From Balanoglossus misakiensis (Eukaryota; Animalia; Hemichordata): 64,000 nt of DNA. This document shows positions 48,901 through 62,700 of the stretch, in pieces. Position 1 is the stretch's first letter. Each line of letters starts with the position of its first letter. The notes under the pieces are model-generated. The model worked only from the letters and a program-made list of their open reading frames with translations. It was not told the origin of the DNA and searched no databases. The stretch spans positions 20,558,303 through 20,622,302 of the forward strand of contig CM082577.2 of assembly GCA_040954595.2 (NCBI GenBank), written 5' to 3'. A program made the position numbers and the translations under genes.

Positions 48901-51024
48901 ATATGGTTTGTTTTGTTCTGCAAAAAGTGTTTTTAGAATTCAGGCACTTTCAGAAAAGGAAGAAACGGACACTTGCGACAAAGATGTTATCCATCAGGCT
49001 ACTCTTTAATGGAAAAGTTGGAAAAAAAATGAAGCCTACAGCACGTAGTATTCCCAGGCGGTCTCCCATCCATCCAAGTACTAACTACGCCCAACGCAGG
49101 TTTGCTTCGGTGATCAGACGAGAACCGGCTTATTCTACGTGGTATGGCCGTAGGCGAAAGATGGTTGAATTTCTCCTACTATAAACCTGAATCCTACACC
49201 ATTGAACACATAGCCCGACTTGGCTAATTTTGTGGGTAACCGATCGACCTTCCATAGCTTATAAAGCAAGTGGGATAAAAAAAAATGGTTTGTTTTGTTC
49301 TGCAAAAAGTGTTTTTAGAATTCAGGCACTTTCAGAAAAGGAAGAAACGGACACTTGCGACAAAAATGTTATCCATCAGGCTATACTCTTTAATGGAAAA
49401 GTTGGAAAAAAAAATGAAGCCTACAGCACGTAGTATTCCCAGGCGGTCTCCCATCCAAGTACTAACTACGCCCAACGCAGGTTTGCTTCGGTGATCAGAC
49501 GAGAACCGACTTATTCTACGTGGTATGGCCGTAGGCGAAAGATGGTTGAATTTCTCCTACTATAAACCTGAATCCTACACCATTGAACACATAGCCTGAC
49601 TTGGCTAATTTTGTGGGTAACCGATCGACCTTCCATAGCTTATAAGGCAAGTGGGATACAAAAATATGGTTTGTTTTGTTCTGCAAAAAGTGTTTTTAGA
49701 ATTCAGGCACTTTCAGAAAAGGAAGAAACGGACACTTGCGACAAAGATGTTATCCATCAGGCTACTCTTTAATGGAAAAGTTGGGAAAAAAATGAAGCCT
49801 ACAGCACGTAGTATTCCCAGGCGGTCTCCCATCCATCCAAGTACTAACTACGCCCAACGCAGGTTTGCTTCGGTGATCAGACGAGAACCGGCTTATTCTA
49901 CGTGGTATGGCCGTAGGCGAAAGATGGTTGAATTTCTCCTACTATAAACCTGAATCCTACACCATTGAACACATAGCCCGACTTGGCTAATTTTGTGGGT
50001 AACCGATCGACCTTCCATAGCTTATAAAGCAAGTGGGATAAAAAAAAATGGTTTGTTTTGTTCTGCAAAAAGTGTTTTTAGAATTCAGGCACTTTCAGAA
50101 AAGGAAGAAACGGACACTTGCGACAAAAATGTTATCCATCAGGCTATACTCTTTAATGGAAAAGTTGGAAAAAAAAATGAAGCCTACAGCACGTAGTATT
50201 CCCAGGCGGTCTCCCATCCAAGTACTAACTACGCCCAACGCAGGTTTGCTTCGGTGATCAGACGAGAACCGGCTTATTCTACGTGGTATGGCCGTAGGCG
50301 AAAGATGGTTGAATTTCTCCTACTATAAACCTGAATCCTACACCATTGAACACATAGCCTGACTTGGCTAATTTTGTGGGTAACCGATCGACCTTCCATA
50401 GCTTATAAGGCAAGTGGGATACAAAAATATGGTTTGTTTTGTTCTGCAAAAAGTGTTTTTAGAATTCAGGCACTTTCAGAAAAGGAAGAAACGGACACTT
50501 GCGACAAAAATGTTATCCATCAGGCTACTCTTTAATGGAAAAGTTGGAAAAAAAATGAAGCCTACAGCACGTAGTATTCCCAGGCGGTCTCCCATCCATC
50601 CAAGTACTAACTACGCCCAACGCAGGTTTGCTTCGGTGATCAGACGAGAACCGGCTTATTCTACGTGGTATGGCCGTAGGCGAAAGATGGTTGAATTTCT
50701 CCTACTATAAACCTGAATCCTACACCATTGAACACATAGCCCGACTTGGCTAATTTTGTGGGTAACCGATCGACCTTCCATAGCTTATAAAGCAAGTGGG
50801 ATAAAAAATATGGTTTGTTTTGTTCTGCAAAAAGTGGTTTTAGAATTCAGGCACTTTCAGAAAAGAAAGAAACGGACACTTGCGACGAAAATATTATCCA
50901 TCAGGCTACTCTTTAATGGAAAAGTTGGAAAAAAATGAAGCACGTAGTATTCCCAGGCGGTCTCCCATCCAAGTACTAACTACGCCCAACGCAGGTTTGC
51001 TTCGGTGATCAGACGAGAACCGGC
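36962..51024 (-). rRNA. 5S rRNA: 5S rDNA array, about 37 units
   Basis: Same unit on the minus strand; for example a complete gene at 37292-37411. Confidence 0.97.
37870..44680. repeat. Higher-order duplication of a 9-unit block (period about 3402 bp); boundaries approximate
   Basis: Private variants and ORF-track patterns recur at +3402/3403 (38239/41642, 39433/42835, 39756/43158, 40510/43913; aaatgtagcc near 41070 and 44473). Confidence 0.85.
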
Positions 51025-51427
51025 TTTTTTTTTATCTTTTATTAAAAAGGACAGGCCCACTGGCTTGCCCTGTTAAAAATAAATTGTACATTACAAGTAG
51101 CTTGTAATTACAGTGAAAGATTCATATTAAATAAATTCCATAGATTCACAACATGTTACACTACTAATGCAAATCATTACAATATTGATGAAAAAACATA
51201 CACCGGAATGAATGCATGTGTAATCAAATCATTCAACATAAACAAACTTTAGTTTCACAATATTGCATTACAGCATTCTATCATTATTGTAAGTCCTATA
51301 CTCCAATCTGTCACAGAATTGTGACATACAAATTAATTACAGGAACAATTACCAGTAAAAAAGATGGTATGTAACACCAGAGGGCGCCAGGTTCAACTGA
51401 AGGTGACAACATAGACAAAAAGACTGT

Positions 51428-54400
51428 CTAAAAATTTAAGGTAAAGTCAAAATCTTTTACCGTTACAAGTACATTGTTTTGTGCAAAAATGCTTTCAAAT
51501 AGCGCAACATCATCACTTGCTTTGCACCTGTTATATTCAAAAGTGATTTTCTGTTTTAATTTGTACTTAAAGAACTTGATCAAGTCGATTTTCCGAGTAC
51601 AACGCTTGTACGCTAATCTTCTACTATGAATTGTATAACGTGAAAGTGTCAATAAAATATTGATCAGCGTGTACTCGTACTTGTCATCCTTGACAGTATA
51701 ACCAAATAACATCATTAGAATTCTATCAGTTGTGTTAAACTTATGTACATTACTGGCACTGTAGATATACGCAAAAACAAGTTGCCACAAAGATTGGATT
51801 GTTTGGCAGCACACAAACAAATGGTACACGTCTTCGGGAAAAAATGTGCAGAAGTCACAAGTCGGACTGAGGATTTTGCATGCTTTGTAAAGACGAAGAT
51901 TACTAAAAACAGCGTTGTGACAAATGAGATAACCAGATCACCCAGGTAATTATCCTTGACATTTGTGTAAACGATTGGCCAAACCTTACTAAAATCAAAG
52001 TTTGGCAGGTGGAAGAGCCAATACTGAACACCCGTGGGCACTGTTTTTCTCAGATGCCGAGCTATTGTAGTAATGTGTCTAACCTTAAGAGAATGGAAAG
52101 GAATACGTTGATCATGAGCATTAACAATAAAGAGAGACGGGTTTTTGTCCACTTTGTTATAATCTTTGTGATTACCCTGCAGAATATCATGCCACTTTTG
52201 AGGAATTGAATTGAGGATAATATGGTACTGCTTCTCAACAGTATTGCTTGTGGGAGTGTCAGGATGGGCCAATGAAACCATGTCACCAATTGCATCAACA
52301 GGTAGGAACCCAGGAATGACCTCGTATAACAAATCCCTGATTTTGACAATGCCAGCTGAACTGAAAAGTTTTATAATCGCCAGGGGGCGCCCTTCAACAC
52401 TTGTAATGAATGGGTTATGAAAAATGGGTTCATTGATAATTTCATCGTAGGAAACTGGTTGTGCACGAAAATACTTGAAAAGATGCGACCAAGACTGAAA
52501 CAATTCCCTGTAGAATATAGAACACTGACGTAAGTTGGTAGGATAAAGTAACATTTTAAAAGTGTCAACACCACAATTGAGATCGAGATACTTATTTAAG
52601 TTGTAGGTGAAAAACAGCTTGAATTTGTGAACATAATCTTTATCCAGCATTTTACACAACCACTTGAGACGAAGTGCATGCACTTTGTCTTGAATATTTG
52701 TGACTTTAAGTCCCCCATCTTGAATGTCGGAAGTGATGACATCATATTTCACCCTGTGATGACCTTTGCTCCAGAAGAAATTACAGATGTGCTCATTCAA
52801 AATTTGTGTGTGTTGCTGAGGCAAAGAAACAACCGATGCCCGGTACCACAGAGTAGACGTAACAAGGGAGTTGATAATGAGGGTTTTCCCTTTGTAGGAT
52901 AATTTACGAAATGACCAGGATTTCAGAATTCTACAGATTTTTGGAATGCGCTGAGCCCAATTGAAATCATCAGCAACTGATTTGTCATGACTCAACATGA
53001 CACCAAGAATGACCATGCCATCCGGTTGAAGCTTGACAGGTAAGGGGCAGTCAGTACGCCCTCTATTGTTTCCTATCCACATCAGAGCACTTTTGTTCAA
53101 ATTAACCTTTGACCCAGAAGCTTTACCATAATCACAAAAGACCTGATACGCTTCTCGGATAGAATGGTCATCACTAACGGTCAGTGTGGTATCATCAGCA
53201 TGTTGATAAACTAAGGATGATTCAGTACTGCCTGGAATTTGAATACCAAGTATGTTGTGGTTACGCTGAATAGCGCCATTTAGAGGCTCAGCCGACAGCA
53301 CGTACAACATCGCTGACAGCGGGCACCCTTGTCTGACACTTCGTTTAATTAACACCGAGTCAGACAAAAACCCGTTAATTTTTACATTACTCATAACCTG
53401 GTTGTACAGTATGGAAATCCATTTAACAAAGTTGTCACCGAACCTGAACGCCCTCAGTGTGTTAAGCAGATACTTGTGATCAACACGATCAAAGGCTTTC
53501 ATCTGATCAAATTTCAGAATGGCACCTTGACAGTTACTGGACTCAACATGATGAATGAGATCTCTCATACAGAAAACATTGTCCACAATATCACGACCTG
53601 GGACACAGCAAGTTTGATCCGGACTGACAATTGAGGGCATAATTCTATTGAGCCTAATGGCGAGTGTTTTAGCAAGAATTTTGTAATCACAGTTGAGGAG
53701 GGTTATAGGACGCCAATTTTTAATGTAACGGGGGTCACAGTCTGCTTTAGGGATTAAAGTAATAAGACCAGTTTTCCACTCATCGGGGAGAATGTTATTG
53801 GAGAAAATACAGTTGAAAATGTCAAGCAAATCATCTTTGATATCTTCCCAAAAGTGAAGATAAAACTCGTACGGTAAACCATCAGCGCCTGGGCTTTTAT
53901 TATGAATACATTTAGAGAGGGCAAAGGTCACCTCTTCTACCAAAAACTCTGAATCAGCGGCAGCGCACTCCTCATCAGAAACAATATTTGTGATGTAACC
54001 AAGGAAAGTATTTTGAAGTGCAAGATCACAAGGCTAATTGTTATAAAGCTTAGAGTAAAATGTATGAGCTTCTGAGATTATATCAGTAATGTCAGTGAGA
54101 ATTTCATTTTTGTCATTAATTAATGATTTGATGCATTTTCTTTCCTGCTTAGACTTTTCTAGGTTAAAGAAAAACCGAGTGGATTTCTCACCCTCCTCAT
54201 ACCACTGGATCTTGGAACGGATTAAGGCCCCCTGGGTTTCTAAGGAAATAATGTTGTCAAGGTCTTCCTGAATGATATGTGCGTTAGTAAGATCATAGTC
54301 GGTGAAACGGTTAGCTTTGTTAAGTTCCCATTTTAGTTTTTTCTCTAAGGTTTTCTTCAAGTGGCGCCTCAATTTTGCCTGCTGTTTTGCATACTTCTGG

Positions 54401-55344
54401 GAAAATCTACGAATATTATGTTTTAAACACCCCCACCACTGAATTTTATTACTTGTATAATTGAGGTCAAATTTAGACTTTTTAATGATATCCAAAATAT
54501 TATTGACATAAACTTCATCCCTCAAGAGATTTTTATTGAGAGCCCAGACTCCCGGACCACGAGGTGAGTTATGGAAATTGAATTTGAACTGGATAAGTTC
54601 ATGGTCGCTATAGGGAAAATGCATGATATGAGAACTTTGACACATGTGGACAATGCTTTCATGTATGAGAGCATAATCAATGCGACTCTGCCGGAGATTG
54701 CCATGGAGATACCGTTGCCAAGTACTTCCTCTGGCGTGAGGATGTTGTTTGCGCCAGATGTCTACAAGGGAAAAGTGTGTAATGAAGTTGAGCAAATGTT
54801 TCCGAGAAGGATCAGCATGGTTTAAAACACTATTGGATTGATCAATGTAAGGATTAATTTTAGTATTGAAATCACCTGTAACAACATGCACGTAATCATC
54901 GAGAAAAAAATGGGAAAGATCCTTCCAAAACTGCGTACGGAGATGAGGTTGATTAGGAGAGTAAATGTTGATGATATTAATATTGTGATGAGAAACCTGA
55001 ATTTGCATGGAAATAATTCTTCCAGCAGAGTCGCATCGATGACCAAGAATTTTGACCTTTGACCGTTTTCTCACAAGTATTGCTACCCCTCTCCTCCTTG
55101 CAGGATCTGTACAATTATTATAAAAGAAATGAAAATCTGGAGCAATTTTGTTGTGGATGTGAACAGCGGTGTGATTGTCCCAAAAGGTCTCCTGAAAACA
55201 AATGATGTCATGGTGGCTATTGTTACAGAATTGCAGAACACGATCAAATGTTTGTAACTCAGAAAGACTATTAGCGTTAACTGAACTTATAAGAACCATG
55301 GTGACAACCAGGAGGAGAGGGCAGATGTTAAAGGTACAATCCAT
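51428..55344 (-). pseudogene. Tx1 ORF2 with a nonsense codon and a frameshift
   Basis: GAG>TAG at 54034-54036 relative to copy 1, and a 1-nt deletion near 51930. Otherwise colinear with copy 1 ORF2. Confidence 0.92.
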
Positions 55345-55346
55345 TG

Positions 55347-56525
55347 TTACTTACTAGTACATTTTTGTTTATCCTTATCCTTTTTTGGCTTTTTCCGATC
55401 CACTAAATTTGGTGTAAAACGTTTTTTCGGTCTGCCTGTGTTGCTGGGTTGAAGCTCAGTGTCTTTAGAGTTAGTGTCTTCCGGTTGGCGACGTTTAATT
55501 TGACAGTTTGCAATTGCCGTTTCATCAATGTCCATTTCGCTATTTTCATGACTTGGGTCTAACTGTTCAACGCGTTCTGCTCCTGATATTTGATCTTCTG
55601 AATTATCCTCTTCTTGATCTTGCTGTTGCTCATCCACTGGTGTTTGCTGTTCTTCAGCTTGATCTTGCAGCTGCTCATTCTCTGTTGTTTGTTGTTCCCG
55701 TACCTGCTCCTCGACCGATGTATTCCCGTCGGTATCAGTGACATTTTGTTCGTTATCAGTTATCATCTCCTGTACATAATTGTTGACAATTTCATCGACT
55801 CCGCCATCACCATAAACTGTGACAAGACAATCGTTGACTTTGTGTCCACGACGGTGACACCGATAGCACGTTACGTTGGAACACGATCGCTCCAAGTGGC
55901 CCATTTCGCCGCACCGTTTGCATTGGTAATTTGGGCACGAATAAATTAAATGCGAGTCATCTAAACAGTGATTACACACTTTGTGTTGATTTGTGTGTAA
56001 AAGGCGTACATAACAACCATTCGGTTCAAATTTTACCGCGTACGGTAAGGATTTGATCGCCGCGGGTAGCTCGACTTTAACAAAGCGAGTGCCTGTCTCA
56101 ACTTCGGGTTCTTCTTCAAAATGTTTTCTTATCACCGGACCACGAATAACGCAACCAAAACTCTCGAGCTTGGCAATAATGTCATCATCAGAGGTGTAAG
56201 GGGGAACACCGATGAAAGAAACTGTTAGCAGATTCCTTACCAAGCCTTGAACTTCGACGGGACTACCGTCAATTGCAAAGCCATCAGTCAGTAAAGTGTC
56301 AACATCGGCTTCCGACGCCACAGTAATCTGCCACGCACTGTTGATCTTGACACAGGCAAAAACACTTCCTTCTCCTAGAATTTCTTTTATCGCACGAATC
56401 AGATTTACTGCTGAATAATCTTCGTCACTGACAGATATCGTATTTTCTTTGGCAGATTTCCTTGAAGACGGACGACATAATGGTATGCGTTTAGCAGCCG
56501 AAGACGAGCCAGGCAGGGCAGCCAT
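55347..56525 (-). CDS. Tx1 ORF1p, three CCHC zinc knuckles, 392 aa
   Basis: MAALPG start. Knuckles CNHCLDDSHLIYSC, CKRCGEMGHLERSC, CYRCHRRGHKVNDC. Confidence 0.92.
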   Translation of the reverse strand: MAALPGSSSAAKRIPLCRPSSRKSAKENTISVSDEDYSAVNLIRAIKEILGEGSVFACVKINSAWQITVASEADVDTLLTDGFAIDGSPVEVQGLVRNLLTVSFIGVPPYTSDDDIIAKLESFGCVIRGPVIRKHFEEEPEVETGTRFVKVELPAAIKSLPYAVKFEPNGCYVRLLHTNQHKVCNHCLDDSHLIYSCPNYQCKRCGEMGHLERSCSNVTCYRCHRRGHKVNDCLVTVYGDGGVDEIVNNYVQEMITDNEQNVTDTDGNTSVEEQVREQQTTENEQLQDQAEEQQTPVDEQQQDQEEDNSEDQISGAERVEQLDPSHENSEMDIDETAIANCQIKRRQPEDTNSKDTELQPSNTGRPKKRFTPNLVDRKKPKKDKDKQKCTSK

Positions 56526-56723
56526 ATTGGCAACGGACTGCCGGGTGACGTGGCAAAAAACGGGAAGATTCGAAAACACAACAAATCTTCAAAATACCTG
56601 GGAAATTTGTCCAAATACCACTTATACCAACACCAGTATATCCAAAACCGTAAGTATTCAGTCCGGATGGCACCAAATCGGTCAGATTAACCACGATTGG
56701 CAGAGCTCTCGTCCGACACGTCT

Positions 56724-59700
56724 TGATCAGACGAGAACCGGCTTATTCGACGTGGTATGGCCGTAGGCGAAAGATGGTTGAATTTCTCCTACTATAAACC
56801 TGAATCCTACACCATTGAACACATAGCCCGACTTGGCTAATTTTGTGGGTAACCGATCGACCTTCCATAGCTTATAAGGCAAGTGGGATCAAAATATATG
56901 GTTTGTTTTGTTCTGCAAAAAGTGGTTTTAGAATTCAGGCACTTTCAGAAAAGGAAGAAACGGACACTTGCGACAAAAATGTTATCCATCAGGTTACTCT
57001 TTAATGGAAAAGTTGGAAAAAAAATGAAGCCTACAGCACGTAGTTATCCCAGGCGGTCTCCCATCCAAGTACTAACTACGCCCAACGCAGGTTTGCTTCG
57101 GTGATCAGAGGAGAACCGGCTTATTCTACGTGGTATGGCCGTAGGCGAAAGATGGTTGAATTTCTCCTACTATAAACCTGAATCCTACACCATTGAACAC
57201 ATAGTCCGACTTGGCTAATTTTTGTGGGTAACCGATCGACCTTCCATAGCTTATAAAGCAAGTGGGATAAAAAATATGGTTTGTTTTGTTCTGCAAAAAG
57301 TGGTTTTAGAATTCAGGCACTTTCAGAAAAGGAAGAAACGGACACTTGCGACAAAAATATTATCCATCAGGCTACTCTTTAATGGAAAAGTTGGAAAAAA
57401 TGAAGCCTACAGCACGTAGTATTCCCAGGTGGTCTCCCATCCAAGTACTAACTACGCCCAACGCAGGTTTGCTTCGGGGATCAGACGAGAACCGGCTTAT
57501 TCTACGTGGTATGGCCGTAGGCGAAAGATGGTTGAATTTCTCCTACTATAAACCTGAATCCTACACCATTGAACACATAGTCCGACTTGGCTAATTTTTG
57601 TGGGTAACCGATCGACCTTCCATAGCTTATAAGGCAAGTAGGATAAAAAAATATGGTATGTTTTGTTTTGCAAAAAGTGGTTTTAAAATTCAGACACTTG
57701 CAGAAAGAGGAAGAAACGGACACTTGCGACAAAAATATTATCCATCAGGCTACTCTTTAATGGAAAAGTTGGAAAAAATGAAGCCTACAGCACGTAGTAT
57801 TCCCAGGTGGTCTCCCATCCAAGTACTAACTACGCCCAACGCAGGTTTGCTTCTGTGATCAGACGAGAACCGGCTTATTCTACGTGGTATGGCCGTAGGC
57901 GAAGGATTGTTGAATTTCTCCTACTATAAACCTGAATCCTACACCATTGGACACATAGCCCGATCTGGCTAATTTTTGTGGGTAACCGATCGACCTACCA
58001 TAGCTTATAAGGCAAGTGGGATCAAAATATATGGTTTGTTTTGTTCTGCAAAAAGTGGTTTTAAAATTCAGACACTTGCAGAAAGAGGAAGAAACGAACA
58101 CTTGCGACAAAAATGTTATCCATCAGGCTACTCTTTAATGGAAAAGTTGGAAAAAATGAAGCCTACAGCACGTAGTATTCCCAGGTGGTCTCCCATCCAA
58201 GTACTAACTACGCCCAACGCAGGTTTGCTTCGGTGATCAGACGAGAACCGGCTTATTCTACGTGGTATGGCCGTAGGCGAAAGATGGTTGAATTTCTCCT
58301 ACTATAAACCTGAATCCTACACCATTGAACACATAGTCCAACTTGGCTAATTTTTGTGGGTAACCGATCGACCTTCCATAGCTTATAAAGCAAGTGGGAT
58401 AAAAAATATGGTTTGTTTTGTTCTGCAAAAAGTGGTTTTAGAATTCAGGCACTTTCAGAAAAGGAAGAAACGGACGCTTGCGACAAAAATATTATCCATC
58501 AGGCTACTCTTTAATGGAAAAGTTGGAAAAAATGAAGCCTACAGCACGTAGTATTCCCAGGTGGTCTCCCATCCAAGTACTAACTACGCCCAACGCAGGT
58601 TTGCTTCGGGGATCAGACGAGAACCGGCTTATTCTACGTGGTATGGCCGTAGGCGAAAGATGGTTGAATTTCTCCTACTATAAACCTGAATCCTACACCA
58701 TTGAACACATAGTCCGACTTGGCTAATTTTTGTGGGTAACCGATCGACCTTCCATAGCTTATAAGGCAAGTAGGATAAAAAAATATGGTATGTTTTGTTT
58801 TGCAAAAAGTGGTTTTAAAATTCAGACACTTGCAGAAAGAGGAAGAAACGGACACTTGCGACAAAAATATTATCCATCAGGCTACTCTTTAATGGAAAAG
58901 TTGGAAAAAATGAAGCCTACAGCACGTAGTATTCCCAGGTGGTCTCCCATCCAAGTACTAACTACGCCCAACGCAGGTTTGCTTCTGTGATCAGACGAGA
59001 ACCGGCTTATTCTACGTGGTATGGCCGTAGGCGAAGGATTGTTGAATTTCTCCTACTATAAACCTGAATCCTACACCATTGGACACATAGCCCGATCTGG
59101 CTAATTTTTGTGGGTAACCGATCGACCTACCATAGCTTATAAGGCAAGTGGGATCAAAATATATGGTTTGTTTTGTTCTGCAAAAAGTGGTTTTAAAATT
59201 CAGACACTTGCAGAAAGAGGAAGAAACGAACACTTGCGACAAAAATGTTATCCATCAGGCTACTCTTTAATGGAAAAGTTGGAAAAAATGAAGCCTACAG
59301 CACGTAGTATTCCCAGGTGGTCTCCCATCCAAGTACTAACTACGCCCAACGCAGGTTTGCTTCGGTGATCAGACGAGAACCGGCTTATTCTACGTGGTAT
59401 GGCCGTAGGCGAAAGATGGTTGAATTTCTCCTACTATAAACCTGAATCCTACACCATTGAACACATAGTCCAACTTGGCTAATTTTTGTGGGTAACCGAT
59501 CGACCTTCCATAGCTTATAAAGCAAGTGGGATAAAAAATATGGTTTGTTTTGTTCTGCAAAAAGTGGTTTTAGAATTCAGGCACTTTCAGAAAAGGAAGA
59601 AACGGACGCTTGCGACAAAAATATTATCCATCAGGCTACTCTTTAATGGAAAAGTTGGAAAAAATGAAGCCTACAGCACGTAGTATTCCCAGGTGGTCTC

Positions 59701-62700
59701 CCATCCAAGTACTAACTACGCCCAACGCAGGTTTGCTTCGGGGATCAGACGAGAACCGGCTTATTCTACGTGGTATGGCCGTAGGCGAAAGATGGTTGAA
59801 TTTCTCCTACTATAAACCTGAATCCTACACCATTCAACACATAGTCCGACTTGGCTAATTTTTGTGGGTAACCGATCGACCTTCCATAGCTTATAAGGCA
59901 AGTAGGGTAAAAAAATATGGTTTGTTTTGTTTTGCAAAAAGTGGTTTTAAAATTCAGACACTTGCAGAAAGAGGAAGAAACGAACACTTGCGTCAAAAAT
60001 ATTATCCATCAGGCTACTCTTTAATGGAAAAGTTGGAAAAAATGAAGCCTACAGCACGTAGTATTCCCAGGCGGTCTCCCATCCAAGTACTAACTACGCC
60101 CAACGCAGGTTTGCTTCGGGGATCAGACGAGAACCGGCTTATTCTACGTGGTATGGCCGTAGGCGAAAGATGGTTGAATTTCTCCTACTATAAACCTGAA
60201 TCCTACACCATTCAACACATAGTCCGACTTGGCTAATTTTTGTGGGTAACCGATCGACCTTCCATAGCTTATAAGGCAAGTAGGGTCAAAAAATATGGTT
60301 TGTTTTGTTCTGCAAAAAGTGGTTTTAAAATTCAGACACTTGCAGAAAGAGGAAGAAACGGACACTTGCGACAAAAATATTATCCATCAGGCTACTCTTT
60401 AATGGAAAAGTTGGAAAAAATGAAGCCTACAGCACGTAGTATTCCCAGGTGGTCTCCCATCCAAGTACTAACTACGCCCAACGCAGGTTTGCTTCGGGGA
60501 TCAGACGAGAACCGGCTTATTCTACGTGGTATGGCCGTAGGCGAAAGATGGTTGAATTTCTCCTACTATAAACCTGAATCCTACACCATTCAACACATAG
60601 TCCGACTTGGCTAATTTTTGTGGGTAACCGATCGACCTTCCATAGTTTATAAGGCAAGTAGGATAAAAAAATATGGTTTGTTTTGTTTTGCAAAAAGTGG
60701 TTTTAAAATTCAGACACTTGCAGAAAGAGGAAGAAACGGACACTTGCGACAAAAATATTATCCATCAGGCTACTCTTTAATGGAAAAGTTGGAAAAAATG
60801 AAGCCTACAGCACGTAGTAATCCCAGGTGGTCTCCCATCCAAGTACTAACTACGCCCAACGCAGGTTTGCTTCTGTGATCAGACGAGAACCGGCTTATTC
60901 TACGTGGTATGGCCGTAGGCGAAGGATTGTTGAATTTCTCCTACTATAAACCTGCATCATACACCATTAGACACATAGCCCGATCTGGCTAATTTTTGTG
61001 GGTAACCGATCGACCTACCATAGCTTATAAGGCAAGTAGGGTAAAAAAATATGGTTTGTTTTGTTTTGCAAAAAGTGGTTTTAAAATTCAGACACTTGCA
61101 GAAAGAGGAAGAAACGAACACTTGCGACAAAAATGTTATCCATCAGGCTACTCTTTAATGGAAAAGTTGGAAAAATGAAGCCTACAGCACGTAGTATTCC
61201 CAGGTGGTCTCCCATCCAAGTACTAACTACGCCCAACGCAGGTTTGCTTCGGTGATCAGACGAGAACCGGCTTATTCTACGTGGTATGGCCGTAGGCGAA
61301 AGATGGTTGAATTTCTCCTACTATAAACCTGAATCCTACACCATTGAACACATAGTCCGACTTGGCTAATTTTGTGGGTAACCGATCGACCTTCCATAGC
61401 TTATAAGGCAAGTGGGATAATAAAATATGGTTGCTTTGTTCTGCAAAAAGTGGTTTTAGAATTCAGGCTCTTTCAGAAAAGGAAGAAACGGACGCTTGCG
61501 ACAAAAATATTATCCATCAGACTACTCTTTAATGGAAAAGTTGGAAAAAATGAAGCCTACAGCACGTAGTATTCCCAGGTGGTCTCCCATCCAAGTACTA
61601 ACTACGCCCAACGCAGGTTTGCTTCGGGGATCAGACGAGAACCGGCTTATTCTACGTGGTATGGCCGTAGGCGAAAGATGGTTGAATTTCTCCTACTATA
61701 AACCTGAATCCTACACCATTCAACACATAGTCCGACTTGGCTAATTTTTGTGGGTAACCGATCGACCTTCCATAGCTTATAAGGCAAGTAGGATAAAAAA
61801 ATATGGTTTGTTTTGTTTTGCAAAAAGTGGTTTTAAAATTCAGACACTTGCAGAAAGAGGAAGAAACGGACACTTGCGACAAAAATATTATCCATCAGGC
61901 TACTCTTTAATGGAAAAGTTGGAAAAAATGAAGCCTACAGCACGTAGTAATCCCAGGTGTTCTCCCATCCAAGTACTAACTACGCCCAACGCAGGTTTGC
62001 TTCTGTGATCAGACGAGAACCGGCTTATTCTACGTGGTATGGCCGTAGGCGAAGGATTGTTGAATTTCTCCTACTATAAACCTGAATCCTACACCATTGG
62101 ACACATAGCCCGATCTGGCTAATTTTTGTGGGTAACCGATCGACCTACCATAGCTTATAAGGCAAGTAGGGTAAAAAAATATGGTTTGTTTTGTTTTGCA
62201 AAAAGTGGTTTTAAAATTCAGACACTTGCAGAAAGAGGAAGAAACGAACACTTGCGACAAAAATGTTATCCATCAGGCTACTCTTTAATGGAAAAGTTGG
62301 AAAAATGAAGCCTACAGCACGTAGTATTCCCAGGTGGTCTCCCATCCAAGTACTAACTACGCCCAACGCAGGTTTGCTTCGGTGATCAGACGAGAACCGG
62401 CTTATTCTACGTGGTATGGCCGTAGGCGAAAGATGGTTGAATTTCTCCTACTATAAACCTGAATCCTACACCATTGAACACATAGTCCGACTTGGCTAAT
62501 TTTGTGGGTAACCGATCGACCTTCCATAGCTTATAAGGCAAGTGGGATAATAAAATATGGTTGCTTTGTTCTGCAAAAAGTGGTTTTAGAATTCAGGCTC
62601 TTTCAGAAAAGGAAGAAACGGACACTTGCGACAAAAATGTTATCCATCAGGCTACTCTTTAATGGAAAAGTTGGAAAAAAAATGAAGCCTACAGCACGTA

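Larger units (their letters stand above)
51025..56723 (-). mobile_element. 5S rDNA-specific Tx1-clade retrotransposon, copy 3 (full length, 5699 bp, ORF2 disabled)
   Basis: Poly(A) joined to 5S nt 27 at 51024; 5' end joined to 5S nt 1-45 (56724-56768); TSD (aa)gccggttctcgtctgatca of 19-21 bp. Confidence 0.96.

Noticed and set aside
56560-56770. Complete HDV-like or hammerhead ribozyme at the element 5' end
   Set aside because: Hairpins exist, but I could not assign P2/P3/L3/P1.1 or CUGANGA...GAAA cores, so no ribozyme is called.
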